From the NCBI GenBank assembly GCA_035193785.1, contig CP136572.1, positions 3,476,578-3,540,577 of the forward strand: a DNA stretch of 64,000 nucleotides, read 5' to 3'. Positions 33,418 to 45,515 of this stretch are shown in pieces (position 1 is the first letter of the stretch; the number at the start of each line of letters is the position of its first letter). The notes under the pieces were generated by a model, which was given only the letters and a program-made list of their open reading frames with translations, made no database searches and was not told where the DNA came from. The position numbers and the translations under genes are program-made. The DNA is from Planktothrix sp. GU0601_MAG3 (GTDB lineage: Bacteria > Cyanobacteriota > Cyanobacteriia > Cyanobacteriales > Microcoleaceae).

Positions 33418-34635
33418 TTATTGAATTCCCCGGCTAAGGCGGATTCTGGGAACACGGCGGTTTTAATCATCAGGGTTTGTTGTTGGCCTTGGCGGTTAAT
33501 TTCGATGGGAAGTTTCCTCCCCAACCGTCTTAGTTTCAATTTGTGCTTGGACTTGAGCCGGGGTATTCACCGCAACACCGTCAATAGCCGTGAGGATATC
33601 TCCTTTGAGAATTCCCATTTGGGCGGCGGGGGAATCCTCCACCACCCGCACCACAATCACCCCGGTGTCTTGGGTCAATTTAACTTCCAGTTGCTGATTC
33701 ATTTCGGCCTTCACCACCGGACTAAGTTCCACCATCTGTACGCCCAGATAGGGATGATCAGCTTTTCCCTTGGCGAAAAGTTGACTAGCAATGCGGATCG
33801 CCGTTTCAATGGGAATGGCAAATCCTAGACCCTGGGCATTAGCCCGAATTGCCGTATTAATCCCAATCACATGACCTTGATCATTCAAGAGTGGCCCGCC
33901 AGAGTTGCCGGGATTAATTGCCGCATCGGTTTGAATAAAGCGGACTCGTTTATCAGGAATTCCCACCTGGGTACTGGAACGGTCTGTAGCGCTGATAATC
34001 CCAATAGTTACGGTATTATCTAACCCTAGGGGATTGCCAATGGCGATCGCCCACTGACCCGGAACCAAATGGTCAGAGAAGCCAATCGGAGCCGTCGGTA
34101 ACTCCTTACCCTCAATTTTCACCGACGCCACATCGGTTATCGGGTCAACTCCTTTGACTTTCCCCTCAAATACCCGACCATCCTTGAGGGTGACTTGCAC
34201 CGTATCCGCCCCATCCACAACATGGGCATTAGTAATGATCCGACCGTCGGAATGTAGAATAAATCCTGAACCTGTTCCCCGACGCACCCGGTCTTCAGGT
34301 GTGGGGATTTGATTGCCAAAAAAGCGTTTAAATAGGGGATTTTTAAAGGCATCGGGCACATCTTGTGCCGACTTGCGGGTCGCGTCAATTCTCACCACCG
34401 TCGGGCCAACAATTTCGGCGGCATCGGCAATAAAATTAGAACTACTACGGTCAACCACCTGATCTTCCGTAACCCTAGGGGGAGAAACCACGGGCATAGG
34501 TTTAACGATGGCCACCGTCGCCGATAACGGGTCGGGGTTATTGGTTCGGACATGGCGACTTCCCAGCCACCCACCACCGCCACCTAATGAAACTAAGGCT
34601 AGGTATATCGTAAACTGTTTGAAAGATAAATCCAT
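33414..34635 (-). CDS. HhoA/HhoB/HtrA family serine protease with PDZ domain (apparent frameshift at 33512-33516 near the C-terminus)
   Basis: GSGFI, TNAHVV, IQTDAAINPGNSGGPL, PYLGV. Confidence 0.92.
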
Positions 34636-34830
34636 CTGTGTTGCGGGAGTGGAAATCAGTAATCAGTTATTAGTTATCAGTAATCAGTTACCAGTGAAAG
34701 AAATAAAAGAAAGACTTCACGATCCGATTATAACTGTAAACTACATATTACGGTGATAACTGATTATTATTTAACAATCACTAACAGGGGAATCGGTTTC
34801 TTTAAAGTTAAATTTGATTAATTATTGCTC

Positions 34831-35719
34831 ATGTCGTTTCAACGTTTAGAAATATTATCGGGGTCGATGGCTCTAATCGGCATATTAGTTGGTTTTACCC
34901 CCTCAATAGGGTCTGTAGAGGCGAATGCACCCTTTAACTCAGAAGCTCAAGATGTTTGCCCCACCCCAGTATTATCCCGTTTAAAACCCCATCGGATTGC
35001 CCCTGGAGATACCCTTGAAAGTATTGCCCGCCAATATAATCTGATTCCGGCAACCCTACTGGGGATGAATCCGATTTTACAACGGGGGCCGATTCCCATT
35101 GGACAGGAGATTTTGATTCCGCCCCATAATGGGATACGAGTAGATATTCCCCCGGGTAGGAGTTGGCAGGAAGTAGCCAGAGCTTATAATGCCCGTCCTG
35201 ACGTGGTTTTTGAAATGAATGGTTGTCAAACCCAACCAATAGCTTTATTTTTACCCGGTGTGAATTGGTCACCCAAAGGGCCACCGACCGTGGCGGTATC
35301 GGTGTTAGTGGGTTATCCGTTACCGCAACGGACAACCCTACAAATGGGTTATGGTTGGCAAATCCATCCGGTTTCGGGTCGGGTAATATTTCATAGTGGT
35401 TTAGATTTGACGGCGACGGTGGGAACTGCGGTTTTATCCGTGGGGGCGGGAAAAATAGCCTTTGCGGGGGAAACGGGAGGGCTATGGAAAATTAGTGGTG
35501 GTTAATCATGGGTCAGGGAAACAAACCCGTTATGCCCATCTGGATAATATTGGGGTGAAACTGGGTCAATCGGTTAAGTTAGGGGATGTATTAGGAACGG
35601 TCGGAACAACGGGACAACCGGATACGGATCAACCCCATCTCCATTTTGAAATTCGTTACAACTCCGATTTAGGATGGATTGCAGAAGATCCCAATCCCTA
35701 TTTTCAAGCTAAACGATAA
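34831..35719 (+). CDS. LysM / M23 family metallopeptidase (apparent frameshift at 35470-35474)
   Basis: GDTLESIARQY LysM, FHSGLDL, YAHL, PHLHFE. Confidence 0.88.
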
Positions 35720-35798
35720 CCTGGATATTCTACTCCCTACTCCCTCTAGTTTTGATAAGATATAAATACAACTCTAGGGTTAGAAAATCGTGAACTTC

Positions 35799-36032
35799 AT
35801 GCACAAGCGTTCCCATCAAATAGACTCAACGGAAATTACTCGCCGGGCTGCCGATCTGGTCAGTGCCGCCTCTAATCGCTATCGGATTACAGTGCAAGTC
35901 GCAAATCGGGCTAAACGGTGTCGCTATGAAGATTTTGATAATGGGGATGAGAACACTATCAAACCTGTTTTACGCGCAATTATTGAAATGTCCGATGAAC
36001 TAAATCAGCCGCAAATTATCGCGGATCGTTAG
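35799..36032 (+). CDS. rpoZ: RNA polymerase omega subunit
   Basis: [16 protein letters not shown]...[14 protein letters not shown]. Confidence 0.92.
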   Translation: MHKRSHQIDSTEITRRAADLVSAASNRYRITVQVANRAKRCRYEDFDNGDENTIKPVLRAIIEMSDELNQPQIIADR

Positions 36033-36079
36033 ATTAATAAATTGCAGTATGGGGAGTCTTTAACACCTGATTTATCGAG

Positions 36080-36730
36080 GTGATAAGGACTCCAAGATGT
36101 CTTAATTATAGGCTTATGTTGAAATATCGAAAACCCCAAAAACCCGTTATTTTAAGTTTTTTATTACTCGCTGTTACCATTACCCTATTTATTGTTTTGG
36201 GTGGGTTTGTTGAGGGTCTTGAAATTCAGGGAATCGCCCAAACTCCGCCATCGGAAATAGCCCCTCCATCGGGACGGTTGAAAGTCTCGGAGGTGTGGAA
36301 AAGAGTCTATGAACAGTTACCAAATTTACCCCGGGAAAATCAATATCTTTCCCAGGAAACGGGAAAAGTCGCTGAAGATAATACCTTGATTGGTCGATTG
36401 ATCCGTTATCATATTTATGTGAAAGCTCGACCGACTCAATATCGTTTTGATTGGAAACTCACCTTAGCCGATTATCTCGGGGTTAATGAACCGATGTTAG
36501 TATTAAGTTATCCGGGTCAGGAAGTATTAAAAGAAAATCCTTTAGTCGGGGATCAAAAAGCGATTCAACAGTTAAATCGAGTTGAACGGGATGCGTTAGT
36601 TAATACGCTGGCGGGTTTATTTAATCCTAATCCGGTTAATATTGGCCCGATGCCTTCCACACCCACCCCTAAACCGCCAACCCCCTCCGGTGATTCTCCT
36701 GAGTCGGGGGGTGCTCAAGGCTTAAAATAA
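36080..36730 (+). CDS. Conserved cyanobacterial hypothetical exported protein (start uncertain)
   Basis: VYEQLPNLPRENQY, RLIRYHIYVKAR and DWKLTLADYLG motifs. Confidence 0.7.
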   Translation: MIRTPRCLNYRLMLKYRKPQKPVILSFLLLAVTITLFIVLGGFVEGLEIQGIAQTPPSEIAPPSGRLKVSEVWKRVYEQLPNLPRENQYLSQETGKVAEDNTLIGRLIRYHIYVKARPTQYRFDWKLTLADYLGVNEPMLVLSYPGQEVLKENPLVGDQKAIQQLNRVERDALVNTLAGLFNPNPVNIGPMPSTPTPKPPTPSGDSPESGGAQGLK

Positions 36731-36740
36731 CCTGGGGGAC

Positions 36741-37107
36741 ATGGAAAGAATTCTCAAAACAGGAAACGGATGGCGTTTAGGTTGGAAACCCCCAAGCCCC
36801 GGAATTTCAAGGGTTAGTCGGGGGCGATACCTGGGCGGTGGAATTGACGCAGGCGGAGTTTGATGATTTTTGTCGGTTGTTGGGTGAATTAGCTAATACT
36901 ATGACCCAAATGGCTATTGAGTTGATGGATGAAGAAAAAATAGCCTGTGAAGCGGAAACCGATCAGTTATGGATGCAGGTAGAAGGCTATGCTAATGCCT
37001 ATACGGTGCAGTTGATTTTGCATAGTGGACGCCGGGCGGAGGGTGCTTGGCCCGTGGAGGTGGTGGGGGAATTGGTACAAGCGACAAAAACCTTAAAAAT
37101 CTTTTGA
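36741..37107 (+). CDS. DUF1818 family protein (apparent frameshift at 36785-36789)
   Basis: MERILKTGNGWRLGW joins NPQAPEFQGLVGGDTWAVELT...ELMDEEKI...GRRAEGAW. Confidence 0.8.
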
Positions 37108-37114
37108 AATATCC

Positions 37115-37144
37115 TTGACAAGTTTCTGTTTGCTATGCTACATT
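37115..37144 (+). promoter_or_regulatory. Promoter of tRNA-Pro
   Basis: TTGACA (37115-37120) and extended -10 TGCTACATT (37136-37144). Confidence 0.6.
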
Positions 37145-37156
37145 GAGTAATTGTGT

Positions 37157-37230
<74 letters not shown>

Positions 37231-37260
37231 TTCTAAATCGGTAACTATATTAAATAGTAC

Positions 37261-37302
37261 AAAATTCACTCTTGAGATATTCAATACTCAGGAGTGATTT
37301 TG
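37261..37302. terminator. Stem-loop terminator between tRNA-Pro and the convergent gene
   Basis: TCACTCTTGAG...CTCAGGAGTGA flanked by A and T tracts. Confidence 0.6.
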
Positions 37303-37327
37303 TTATTCTGGCATATCCTAGTTTGGT

Positions 37328-38288
37328 TTAAAGGGAATGCCAAATTTTACCCCCATCGGAAGAATGAAAAACAACATTTTGCTGATTCACCCCATAAATA
37401 ATCTGGGGATTTTTAGGATTAGTTGCCAAATATAAAATAACACCTTCGGTTCCGGTTCCCAATTTTTCCCAAGTTTTGCCACTATCGGAAACTTTGATAA
37501 ATTCCAGGGTCAGATTCTAACAACCGATATCCCACCATCACCGTTTTATTATTATCTGGAATTAAAGCCAAACCAGTAATTAAACTGCTATCCGTCCCAG
37601 GAATTAATTCCCAATTTTTACCCCCATTTTTACTTTCATATAATCCTCCTTGAGTAGTGGCGAAAATATGTTCGGAATTTTGCGGGTTAACGGTTAAACT
37701 AAAGACCCCATTATCCAAACCATCCGGGGTAATTGATTCCCAATTTTTACCGCCATCTTTTGAAACTAAAAATCCCTGTTCCCCCGATGCAGCCCAACCA
37801 TAAATCAGATTAGGATTACTACTAGAAATTGCTAAAGCATGAAAATCAACCCCAGATTTAGACAAAACTTGCCAAGTTTCCCCGTAATCTTCTGTGACTC
37901 GAAATCCTAAATTTCCTCCGGTGTGGGGATGTCCGCTAGAATAGAGGCGATTACTGTCTGTTGGATGGGCAGCAAATCCCATATAATCAGAACGATCTTT
38001 ACCTACCCAAGACCATTTTTTATCTTGAGAATATTGAATTAATCCATGATGGGTTCCAATATATAAAATATTAGGATTATTTGGATCAATTGCTATCCCA
38101 TGAATATGATTCTCCCTTTGCCAATCTGTTGCGGGAGTTAGGGTAACTGTGGATGGTTTTGTTGTAGAAATTTTAGGGGTTGAAGTTACAACAGAATTGG
38201 GTTGAGTTTCAACTTTAGGCTGGGGAGACGAGCAACTAATTATAGATAAGGTCAGGATCAAAAGTACCAAATTTTGTAAGGTTTTCAT
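37328..38288 (-). CDS. BNR/Asp-box beta-propeller lipoprotein (F510_1955-like; apparent frameshift at 37488-37492)
   Basis: Lipobox IISC, HIHGIA, DYMGF, SSGHP, VDFHAL, repeated SxDGGKxW. Confidence 0.8.
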
Positions 38289-38311
38289 AATTTTTCTAGG
38301 TGATAATGGGG

Positions 38312-38833
38312 TTACGGTAACTGATGCTGAACTTCTAAGACTCCTCGAATCATATTCATCCCACAACTAAAGGAATATTCTCCCGATTCTTCAGGAATAA
38401 ACTCAATGGTTGTGGTTTGATTTATCGGTAAATCTTGAGCAATATTAAAGTCAGGAAATAGCACTTTATCTAAGCAATGACTAGGATCTTTACGAATAAA
38501 GTTCAGACGGACTTTTTTACCCAATTGAACGGTAATGCGGTTAGGTTGATAGCCTCCATCTACTAAGATATCTAATTCTTGAGTATCTTGATTAATTATG
38601 GCTTTTTTAGCTTTGGGTTTACTCAATAAAAACCACCAAATTTCTAATCCAATTAGGGCTAACCCACTTGCTGTTACTGCCATTTTAGTTGATAACGGCT
38701 GTTCAATAGTCCGCAATTGATTGTTAGCGGGTTCTGCATGGGATTCCATTGACCGAACTGGGGCAGAATTTCCCACTAAAATAGATAGGAAAATTCCGCT
38801 AAATTGTAAGCCGATTTTGAGTTTTCTGTCCAT
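38312..38833 (-). CDS. Cupredoxin domain protein
   Basis: VDGGYQPNRI, SHCLDKV, FSCGMNMIRG. Confidence 0.85.
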   Translation of the reverse strand: MDRKLKIGLQFSGIFLSILVGNSAPVRSMESHAEPANNQLRTIEQPLSTKMAVTASGLALIGLEIWWFLLSKPKAKKAIINQDTQELDILVDGGYQPNRITVQLGKKVRLNFIRKDPSHCLDKVLFPDFNIAQDLPINQTTTIEFIPEESGEYSFSCGMNMIRGVLEVQHQLP

Positions 38834-38987
38834 GATTTGTTCTCCTAATTAATTATAATAATACTCAAACCCAGTCTTGGGGGCGGGTTTATCGACATTT
38901 AGGTGATTAACAAAAATCTAAAAGAACCCGCCCCTACCAGTTATCCGTCCAAAACCCATTCCCCATTCCCTATTCCCTTTTTAGACA

Positions 38988-41260
38988 TTAATTCAGTTTA
39001 AACTGACGCAATCTTAACGCATTGGTAACAACAGAAATCGAACTTAATGCCATGGCTCCTCCAGCAATAATTGGATTCAATAACCAACCCGTTAAAGGGT
39101 AAAAAATTCCTGCTGCAATGGGGATTCCTGCCGAATTATAGATAAAGGCAAAAAACAGATTTTGGCGAATATTATTTAAGGTAGCTTTGCTAAGTTTAAT
39201 CGCCGTAACTATCCCGATTAAATCCCCTGAAATTAAGGTAATATCACTGGCTGCGATCGCCACATCCGTCCCAGTCCCAATCGCCATTCCCACATCTGCT
39301 TGAGCTAAAGCGGGAGCATCATTAATACCATCGCCTACCATTGCCACAATTTGATGCTGTTTTTTTCGCCCTTTTTGTTGATTTTGTAGGGATTTAATTA
39401 TATTAGCTTTTTGGTCGGGACGCACTTCGGCAAAGACCCGTTTAATTCCCACTTCCGAGGCGATCGCTTCGGCGGTTTTTTGATTATCTCCGGTTAACAT
39501 AACCACCTCTAACCCCATTTTTTGTAAGGCTTGAATTGCAGGTTTTGAAGTCGGTTTTAGTGCATCTGAAATAGCAAATAACCCTTCTATTTCCCCATCA
39601 ATTGCTATCCAAGCAGTGGTTTTTCCTTCGGCTTCCCAACTTGATTGATACTGTTGTAAAGGTGCGGTTTTAATTCCTAATTCTTCCATCCAGCGAGAGG
39701 TTTCCAATCTGTACCAACTGATCAGAAATATAACCTTGAACCCCCATTCCAGCTAAGGCTTGAAAATTGCGAATTTCAGGGAAGGGAAAATTAACTCCTT
39801 GGGTTTTAGCATATTCAACAATAGCTTCTGCTAAGGGATGTTCCGATTGTTGTTCAATAGCCGCGGCTAATTGTAATAATTTTAATTCCTGATCGTTGTT
39901 GGTTCCTCCAATAGTTATATAGTGAGTAACAGTAGGTTTTCCGGCGGTTAAAGTTCCGGTTTTATCTAATACAATAATTTGGATTTTATGGGCTAATTCT
40001 AAACTCTCTGCTCCTTTAATTAAAATCCCATGTTCTGCCCCCAAACCAGTTCCAACCATCACAGAAGTTGGTGTGGCTAATCCCAATGCACAGGGACAAG
40101 CAATAATTAAAACTCCGACGGTTGTAGTAATAGCTAAAGTGATATTTCCCGTTAAATTAAACCACATTATAAAAGTAGCGATCGCGATCGCAATTACAAC
40201 CGGAACAAACCAACCTGTAACCTGATCTGCTAACTTTTGAATCGGAGCTTTTGAGCCCTGCGCCTGTTGAACTAACTGCACAATTTGGGCTAATACCGTA
40301 TCTTTTCCCACCCGTGAAGCTCGAAATATAAAACTTCCGGTTTTATTGATTGTAGCTCCAATTACTTCATCCCCCGGATATTTTTCAACGGGAATACTTT
40401 CCCCCGTCACCATCGCTTCATCAACCGTAGAATTTCCTTCAATTAATTCTCCATCAACAGGTATTTTTTCCCCAGGACGTACCCGAATAATCTCCCCCAC
40501 TTTCACCGCTTCAATGGGAATATCAATTTCCTCTCCAGACCGAATTACCCGGGCTGTTTTAGCCTGTAATCCCATTAATTTTTTAATCGCATCGGAGGTT
40601 TTTCCTCGGACGCGGTGTTCTAATAATTGACCCAATAAAATTAAGGTAATAATTACAACCGCAGATTCATAATAAACATCCGCCGATAACCCTTGATTTA
40701 GGAAAAATCGTGGGAAAAAGGTAACAAAAACAGAATATAAATAAGCCGATCCTGTTCCTACCGAAATTAAAGTATTCATATCCGCCTGATGACGTTTTAA
40801 CCCTTTCCAAGCTCCGAGAAAAAAGGATTGACCCGACCAGAATAAAATCGGCGTTGTGAGGATTAATTGTAACCAATGGTTGTGCATCCATTGGGGAATA
40901 AAGGGTAAATTTAAACCCGTCATCATTGGTAATCCACCGATTACTAAAAACCCACTGACAATAGCACTAATTAACACTTTTTGGGTTAATTTTTGTTCAA
41001 TTTCTCGGTTATCTTTTTCGCTATTTTGAAGGTCAGATGTTGTATCTTCTATCGCTTGAGCCGTATATCCAGCCTCTGTAACCGCCTGTTGAATTTGCTC
41101 AATATTGGTTTGATGGGGATCAAATTCAACCGTTGCTTGTTTCCGCTCCAAAATTAACCTGACAAATCCCAACCCCATCCACATTTTGAATCGCTGTTTC
41201 TATGGTATTGGCGCAGGAGGCGCACCCCATTCCTTTTAATCGTAAATAGCTTGTTTTCAT
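38988..41260 (-). CDS. Copper-translocating P1B-type ATPase (PacS/CopA-like; apparent frameshifts at 39700 and 41139)
   Basis: N-terminal GMGCASC HMA domain, [34 protein letters not shown] and MALSS. Confidence 0.93.
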
Positions 41261-41336
41261 GGTTGAAACTCCCTTTTGAGTTCAGTTCGGTGGTGCGTTT
41301 CCTCGGTTTAAACACCCCACAATGTTCTTGACTTTT

Positions 41337-41368
41337 ATTCTAAAGTCTCCTCTCCACTGGAGTGTCAA
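41337..41368 (-). promoter_or_regulatory. MerR-type long-spacer promoter of the copper ATPase operon
   Basis: TTGACA, 20-bp spacer with CTCC...GGAG dyad, TAGAAT on the minus strand. Confidence 0.7.
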
Positions 41369-41398
41369 GGGGGAATGGAAAATTAAATTCCCCATCGC

Positions 41399-42842
41399 CT
41401 ATAACCCCCTAGAATTCAGGGGTAAAAGGACTGTAGCGGTTGTTCCTTGGTTAATTTGGCTGTCTAAATAAATTTGACCGTGATGGTTTTCCACGATAGC
41501 TTGAGCGATCGCCAAACCCAAACCAGACCCCCCACTATTGCGATGGGTACGGGAGGGATCAACACGATAAAAACGATCAAAAATGTTGGGTAATACTTCA
41601 GCAGGAATCCCAATTCCTGTGTCTTTAATTATAACTTGTAATCCTTCAAATTTCAATAGAGAATTAGATTTTTCCCAAGATTCATTAACCTTTCCCAAGG
41701 TAGCTTGTCGCTTGGGTTTAGCAATAGGTTTTAATTCAATTTTAATCTCACCACCCGCAGGAGTATACTGTACTGAATTACTAACTAAATTAGTAAATAA
41801 TCGCACCAATTGATCCCAATCTCCCTCTAAAGTAAAGGGTTCATTTTCCCGGGAATAATTATTGCTATCTGAATTAACAATATTATCCTCAACATCCTGA
41901 ATAAAATCTAAGGAAATTTGGATTCCTTGTTGAGTTGCGATCGCCGTTTGTTCTTCCACTACTTCCATTAATAACCCATCTAAAGGAAGGGAAATAAATT
42001 GAGGTTGAATAATCCCGCTATCCTGTCTAGCTAAAAATAATAAATCATCCACTAACCGACCTAAACGGCGAGTAATTCGTTCAATTACTTGTAATTGTTG
42101 TTGTTCAGAACTGGATAAATTAGGTTTCTGCTAAAGCCACTTGTACATTAGTTTGAATCATCGCAATCGGATTTCTTAATTCATGGGAAGCATCGGCGGT
42201 AAATTGTTTTAAACGTTGGTAAGAATCCCGCACAGGTTCTATGGCTAAACCCGATAAAAACCAGCCAATAGTAGCTACACCAATCAACATTATAATTGTT
42301 CCCAAAGTCAAATCAAAAATCAACTGTTGAATGGGTTTTGTCACTTCAAACCAGGGATGACTAACCCGTAAATAACCTAATACTTGTCGTCCGATTTCCA
42401 CCCGATCTGTAACTTGTCTTAAAATCATTTCTGAAATATTATTATCTTCAGAAATATGTACCGTTTCCCCACTGCGGTTTGGATGAAGCGAAATATCTAA
42501 AGGTTGGGAAAAAGTAGACCACAATAATTCTCCCGTGGGACTAAACCATTCCATATCAATATGATCATCTTCAACGGTATTCAGATTATTTCTAAAACTG
42601 GCTTCAACATTCACTTGAAATTGACCAGCTAAAACCGCCGGAGACATAGCTGGAGGCGTCGTTACGGGTTCAATTACTAAAGAACGTTCTACCACTTCTA
42701 CAACGTGATTTAAGGTATCATCAATCCGTTCAATTAAGGTATTTCGTACATAGAAATAAAATCCACTGGCGAATAGTAATAATAAAATAGCGGTAACTGC
42801 GGTATACCAAATTGCTAACCGTCGCCGAGTTGCTTGAAACAT
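41399..42842 (-). CDS. Sensor histidine kinase (RppB-like; apparent frameshift at 42124-42128)
   Basis: MFQATRRRLAIWY start, two TM helices, FTADASHELRNP, NLVSNS, DTGIGI, GSGLGL. Confidence 0.88.
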
Positions 42843-42906
42843 AAGTTAAAAAAATTTGCTAATCTATAAATGGGTTACAATTCTATTTTAGGATAGGGAA
42901 AATACA

Positions 42907-43483
42907 ATGATTTTACAAGTTGAAGAAAAAAAGGTCTATACTCTGGAAGAATACCTCAATTTTGAAGTTAATTCTTCAGAAACGCCATGAATATATTAAC
43001 GGTGAAATTAGACCCGTGACCGGCGGAACTCCCAATCATAATCAAATTACAGGTAATGTCTACGCGACGCTGAATTTTGCCCTCAAGCGTCAACCCTATC
43101 GCGTATTTGTTACCGATCAACGTCTTTGGATTCCCACAAAACGCCTCTATACCTATCCTGATATTATGGTAATTCAGGGTGATATTCAACTCCAAGAAGG
43201 GAGAAAAGATACTATTACAAATCCGTTAATTATTGTAGAGGTATTATCCACATCAACCAGAAACTACGACAAAGACGAAAAATTTGCCGCCTACCGCACC
43301 CTTCCCACTTTTCAAGAATATATTTTGATTGATCAATATAATATTCAGATTGAACATTATTATAAAACCGATCAGAAACACTGGATATTTATGGAGTATA
43401 ATAATAGCAATGAAACCTTAGTTTTTAACTCGATATCTTTTGAAATTGCTGTTGCTGATATTTATGATAAAGTTGAGTTTTAA
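42907..43483 (+). CDS. Uma2 family endonuclease (apparent frameshift at 42979-42983)
   Basis: YTLEEYL, RHEYINGEI, YPDIMV, IVEVLSTST, EYILIDQ. Confidence 0.88.
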
Positions 43484-43574
43484 TCTTAAATATTATATAA
43501 GCGTGCTAACGTTGGGGATAAAAAAACATGATTTAAGTTATTAATTACCGAGTTTCAATTCCACTATATTTAAT

Positions 43575-44417
43575 CTAATCTATGGTTTGTAATTTCATCT
43601 TTTTAAGAACCCGACTAGGAACTTTATCACTCTTAACAGGGTATCCATGATAACCACCAACATTATCAGGTTGAAATTCATAAAAATTACCATTTTTATA
43701 TCCATAATACTTTTTACCTTCAAACCAATCATTAATATAACTTTCATCTAAGACTTCTTGAGCTTCTATATCACTTAAATCCATTAATGTTCCTTTTATT
43801 CCTATTTCACCTTGCTGTCGATGTTTGGGACTGGGATCATATTTAAGTCGTAACTTTTGAGCTTGACTAATCGTAGTCAAATTATGAATTTTTATTGACT
43901 TATATTTTCCATCGGTGGTAAATATAACTTCAATATATTCACTTGAGAAATTAGGCTTTTGTGTTGGTAAACTAATAATTTTGTCAATTTTAATTATATT
44001 GTTATTTTCAGATTGATGAAAATAAACGAAACCTGCTAGAGAACTTTCGGAAATATCAATACGTTTTTTATTCAATTCTTGTTGAATAAAAAAGCATTTG
44101 AAAAATTTATTATATTCTCCCAGATTTTTACTCATTTCTTTATCTATAAAAGGGCCTTTCCTAGTTTTATCTAAAAATATCTTGACTTTATTATTTTTAG
44201 GATCTAACTTTATTTTGTTAAGTAACCATTGTTGCACTGTTAAATTTTCCGAGATTTTACAAGCATAAAAATTACTATGTATTCTAATTGTAATTCCTTT
44301 ATAAATATGATCAAGTGCTTCGATGATTCCAAATAGAACACTCATCAGGTTGTCTGCTTCATCATAAATATTTTCAGCTTGTCCAATGAATGAAAGCTCA
44401 TTAATCACGACATACAT
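43575..44417 (-). CDS. Hypothetical protein, putative effector of a Menshen-like system (NsnC-like)
   Basis: Third gene of the DUF262-ATPase operon; C-terminal SPKH...FYEFQPDN..YHGYPV resembles small nuclease toxins (inference). Confidence 0.6.
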   Translation of the reverse strand: MYVVINELSFIGQAENIYDEADNLMSVLFGIIEALDHIYKGITIRIHSNFYACKISENLTVQQWLLNKIKLDPKNNKVKIFLDKTRKGPFIDKEMSKNLGEYNKFFKCFFIQQELNKKRIDISESSLAGFVYFHQSENNNIIKIDKIISLPTQKPNFSSEYIEVIFTTDGKYKSIKIHNLTTISQAQKLRLKYDPSPKHRQQGEIGIKGTLMDLSDIEAQEVLDESYINDWFEGKKYYGYKNGNFYEFQPDNVGGYHGYPVKSDKVPSRVLKKMKLQTID

Positions 44418-45515
44418 TATAAGTTAGCTCCATTAAGTCATTTTCACGTTGATCAAAGAAACCCTTCAGGCCATTCGTCAATCCGCCCATCTTCATCAAT
44501 GTTAGGAGATATTATTTCTGTTGCCATCTTTTCGTTTCTTTGTTCACGTTGAAAATAGTGAATTTGCACATCTTTATAATTAATTTCACTACGCTTAACA
44601 GCCAAACAAATCCCATTTAACACATGATCGCTATGGGTTTCTACAACAACTTGAATCCCACAACTAGCTGCAATTCCTAACAGTTCACCAATATGAGATT
44701 GTCCTTTAGGATGCAGATGAGATTCTGGATTTTCAATAAGAATTAAAGTTTCGGGTTTCAGCAGCCAAAATAGCAACTAAAATGGGTAAAGTGTAGGTGA
44801 CTCCAAAACCCACATTAAAGGGACTATAATCTCTACTTTTTTTAAAAGAATATTTAAGTCTTACACGCTGGGTTTGTAAGTTTGGTTCAGTATTAATTAA
44901 AATTCCAGGGCTTATTTCTCCCATCCAAGCATCAACTTGATCTTTTAAACTAATTGATTTTGCTTTGGGATGACTTAATTTTTCATTGTGAATATCTTTA
45001 TTTCCAAAAGCATCTAAAAAATGAGTTGCATACTCTCCATTTATTCCAAGTTGTTTTCTTTGAATTACATCAGACTCTGACATTAGGTATGATATTTGAG
45101 GCCCAATTCGTTCGGCTTTTAAGTAATAAAAATTATCCTGAAAAATGCTAGATTGATAAATTTTAGGCTCAACTTTCTCTGATACCACTTTTAAAATATC
45201 TAATTCTTTAGAAGAACTAAAGCACCATATTCCTTTCTGTTCATTTTCTAAATCTATTTCAAATCCAATTAATTCATCTTCTGCATACTCAAAAAGTGCG
45301 TCTTGTCCTGTACCAATATATACTTGTTCATCATTTAAAATTAAACCCTTGTTAGGAAGCAAGTCTCTTTGATATGAACGACGTAACAGCATCAACGCTT
45401 GTAAAACAGAAGATTTTCCTGTACTATTCAAACCGGATAATAAGGTCAAAGATTTAAAAGGGATGTCTTGATCTTGAAAAGATTTAAAATTGATTAGCCG
45501 TAAATTTTTAATCAT
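44401..45515 (-). CDS. AAA ATPase with C-terminal DUF3696 (NsnB-like; apparent frameshifts at ~44755 and 44458)
   Basis: GLNSTGKSS, YLKAERIGP, NVGFGVTY, IENPESHLHP, ETHSDH, IDEWPEGFFDQ. Confidence 0.85.
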
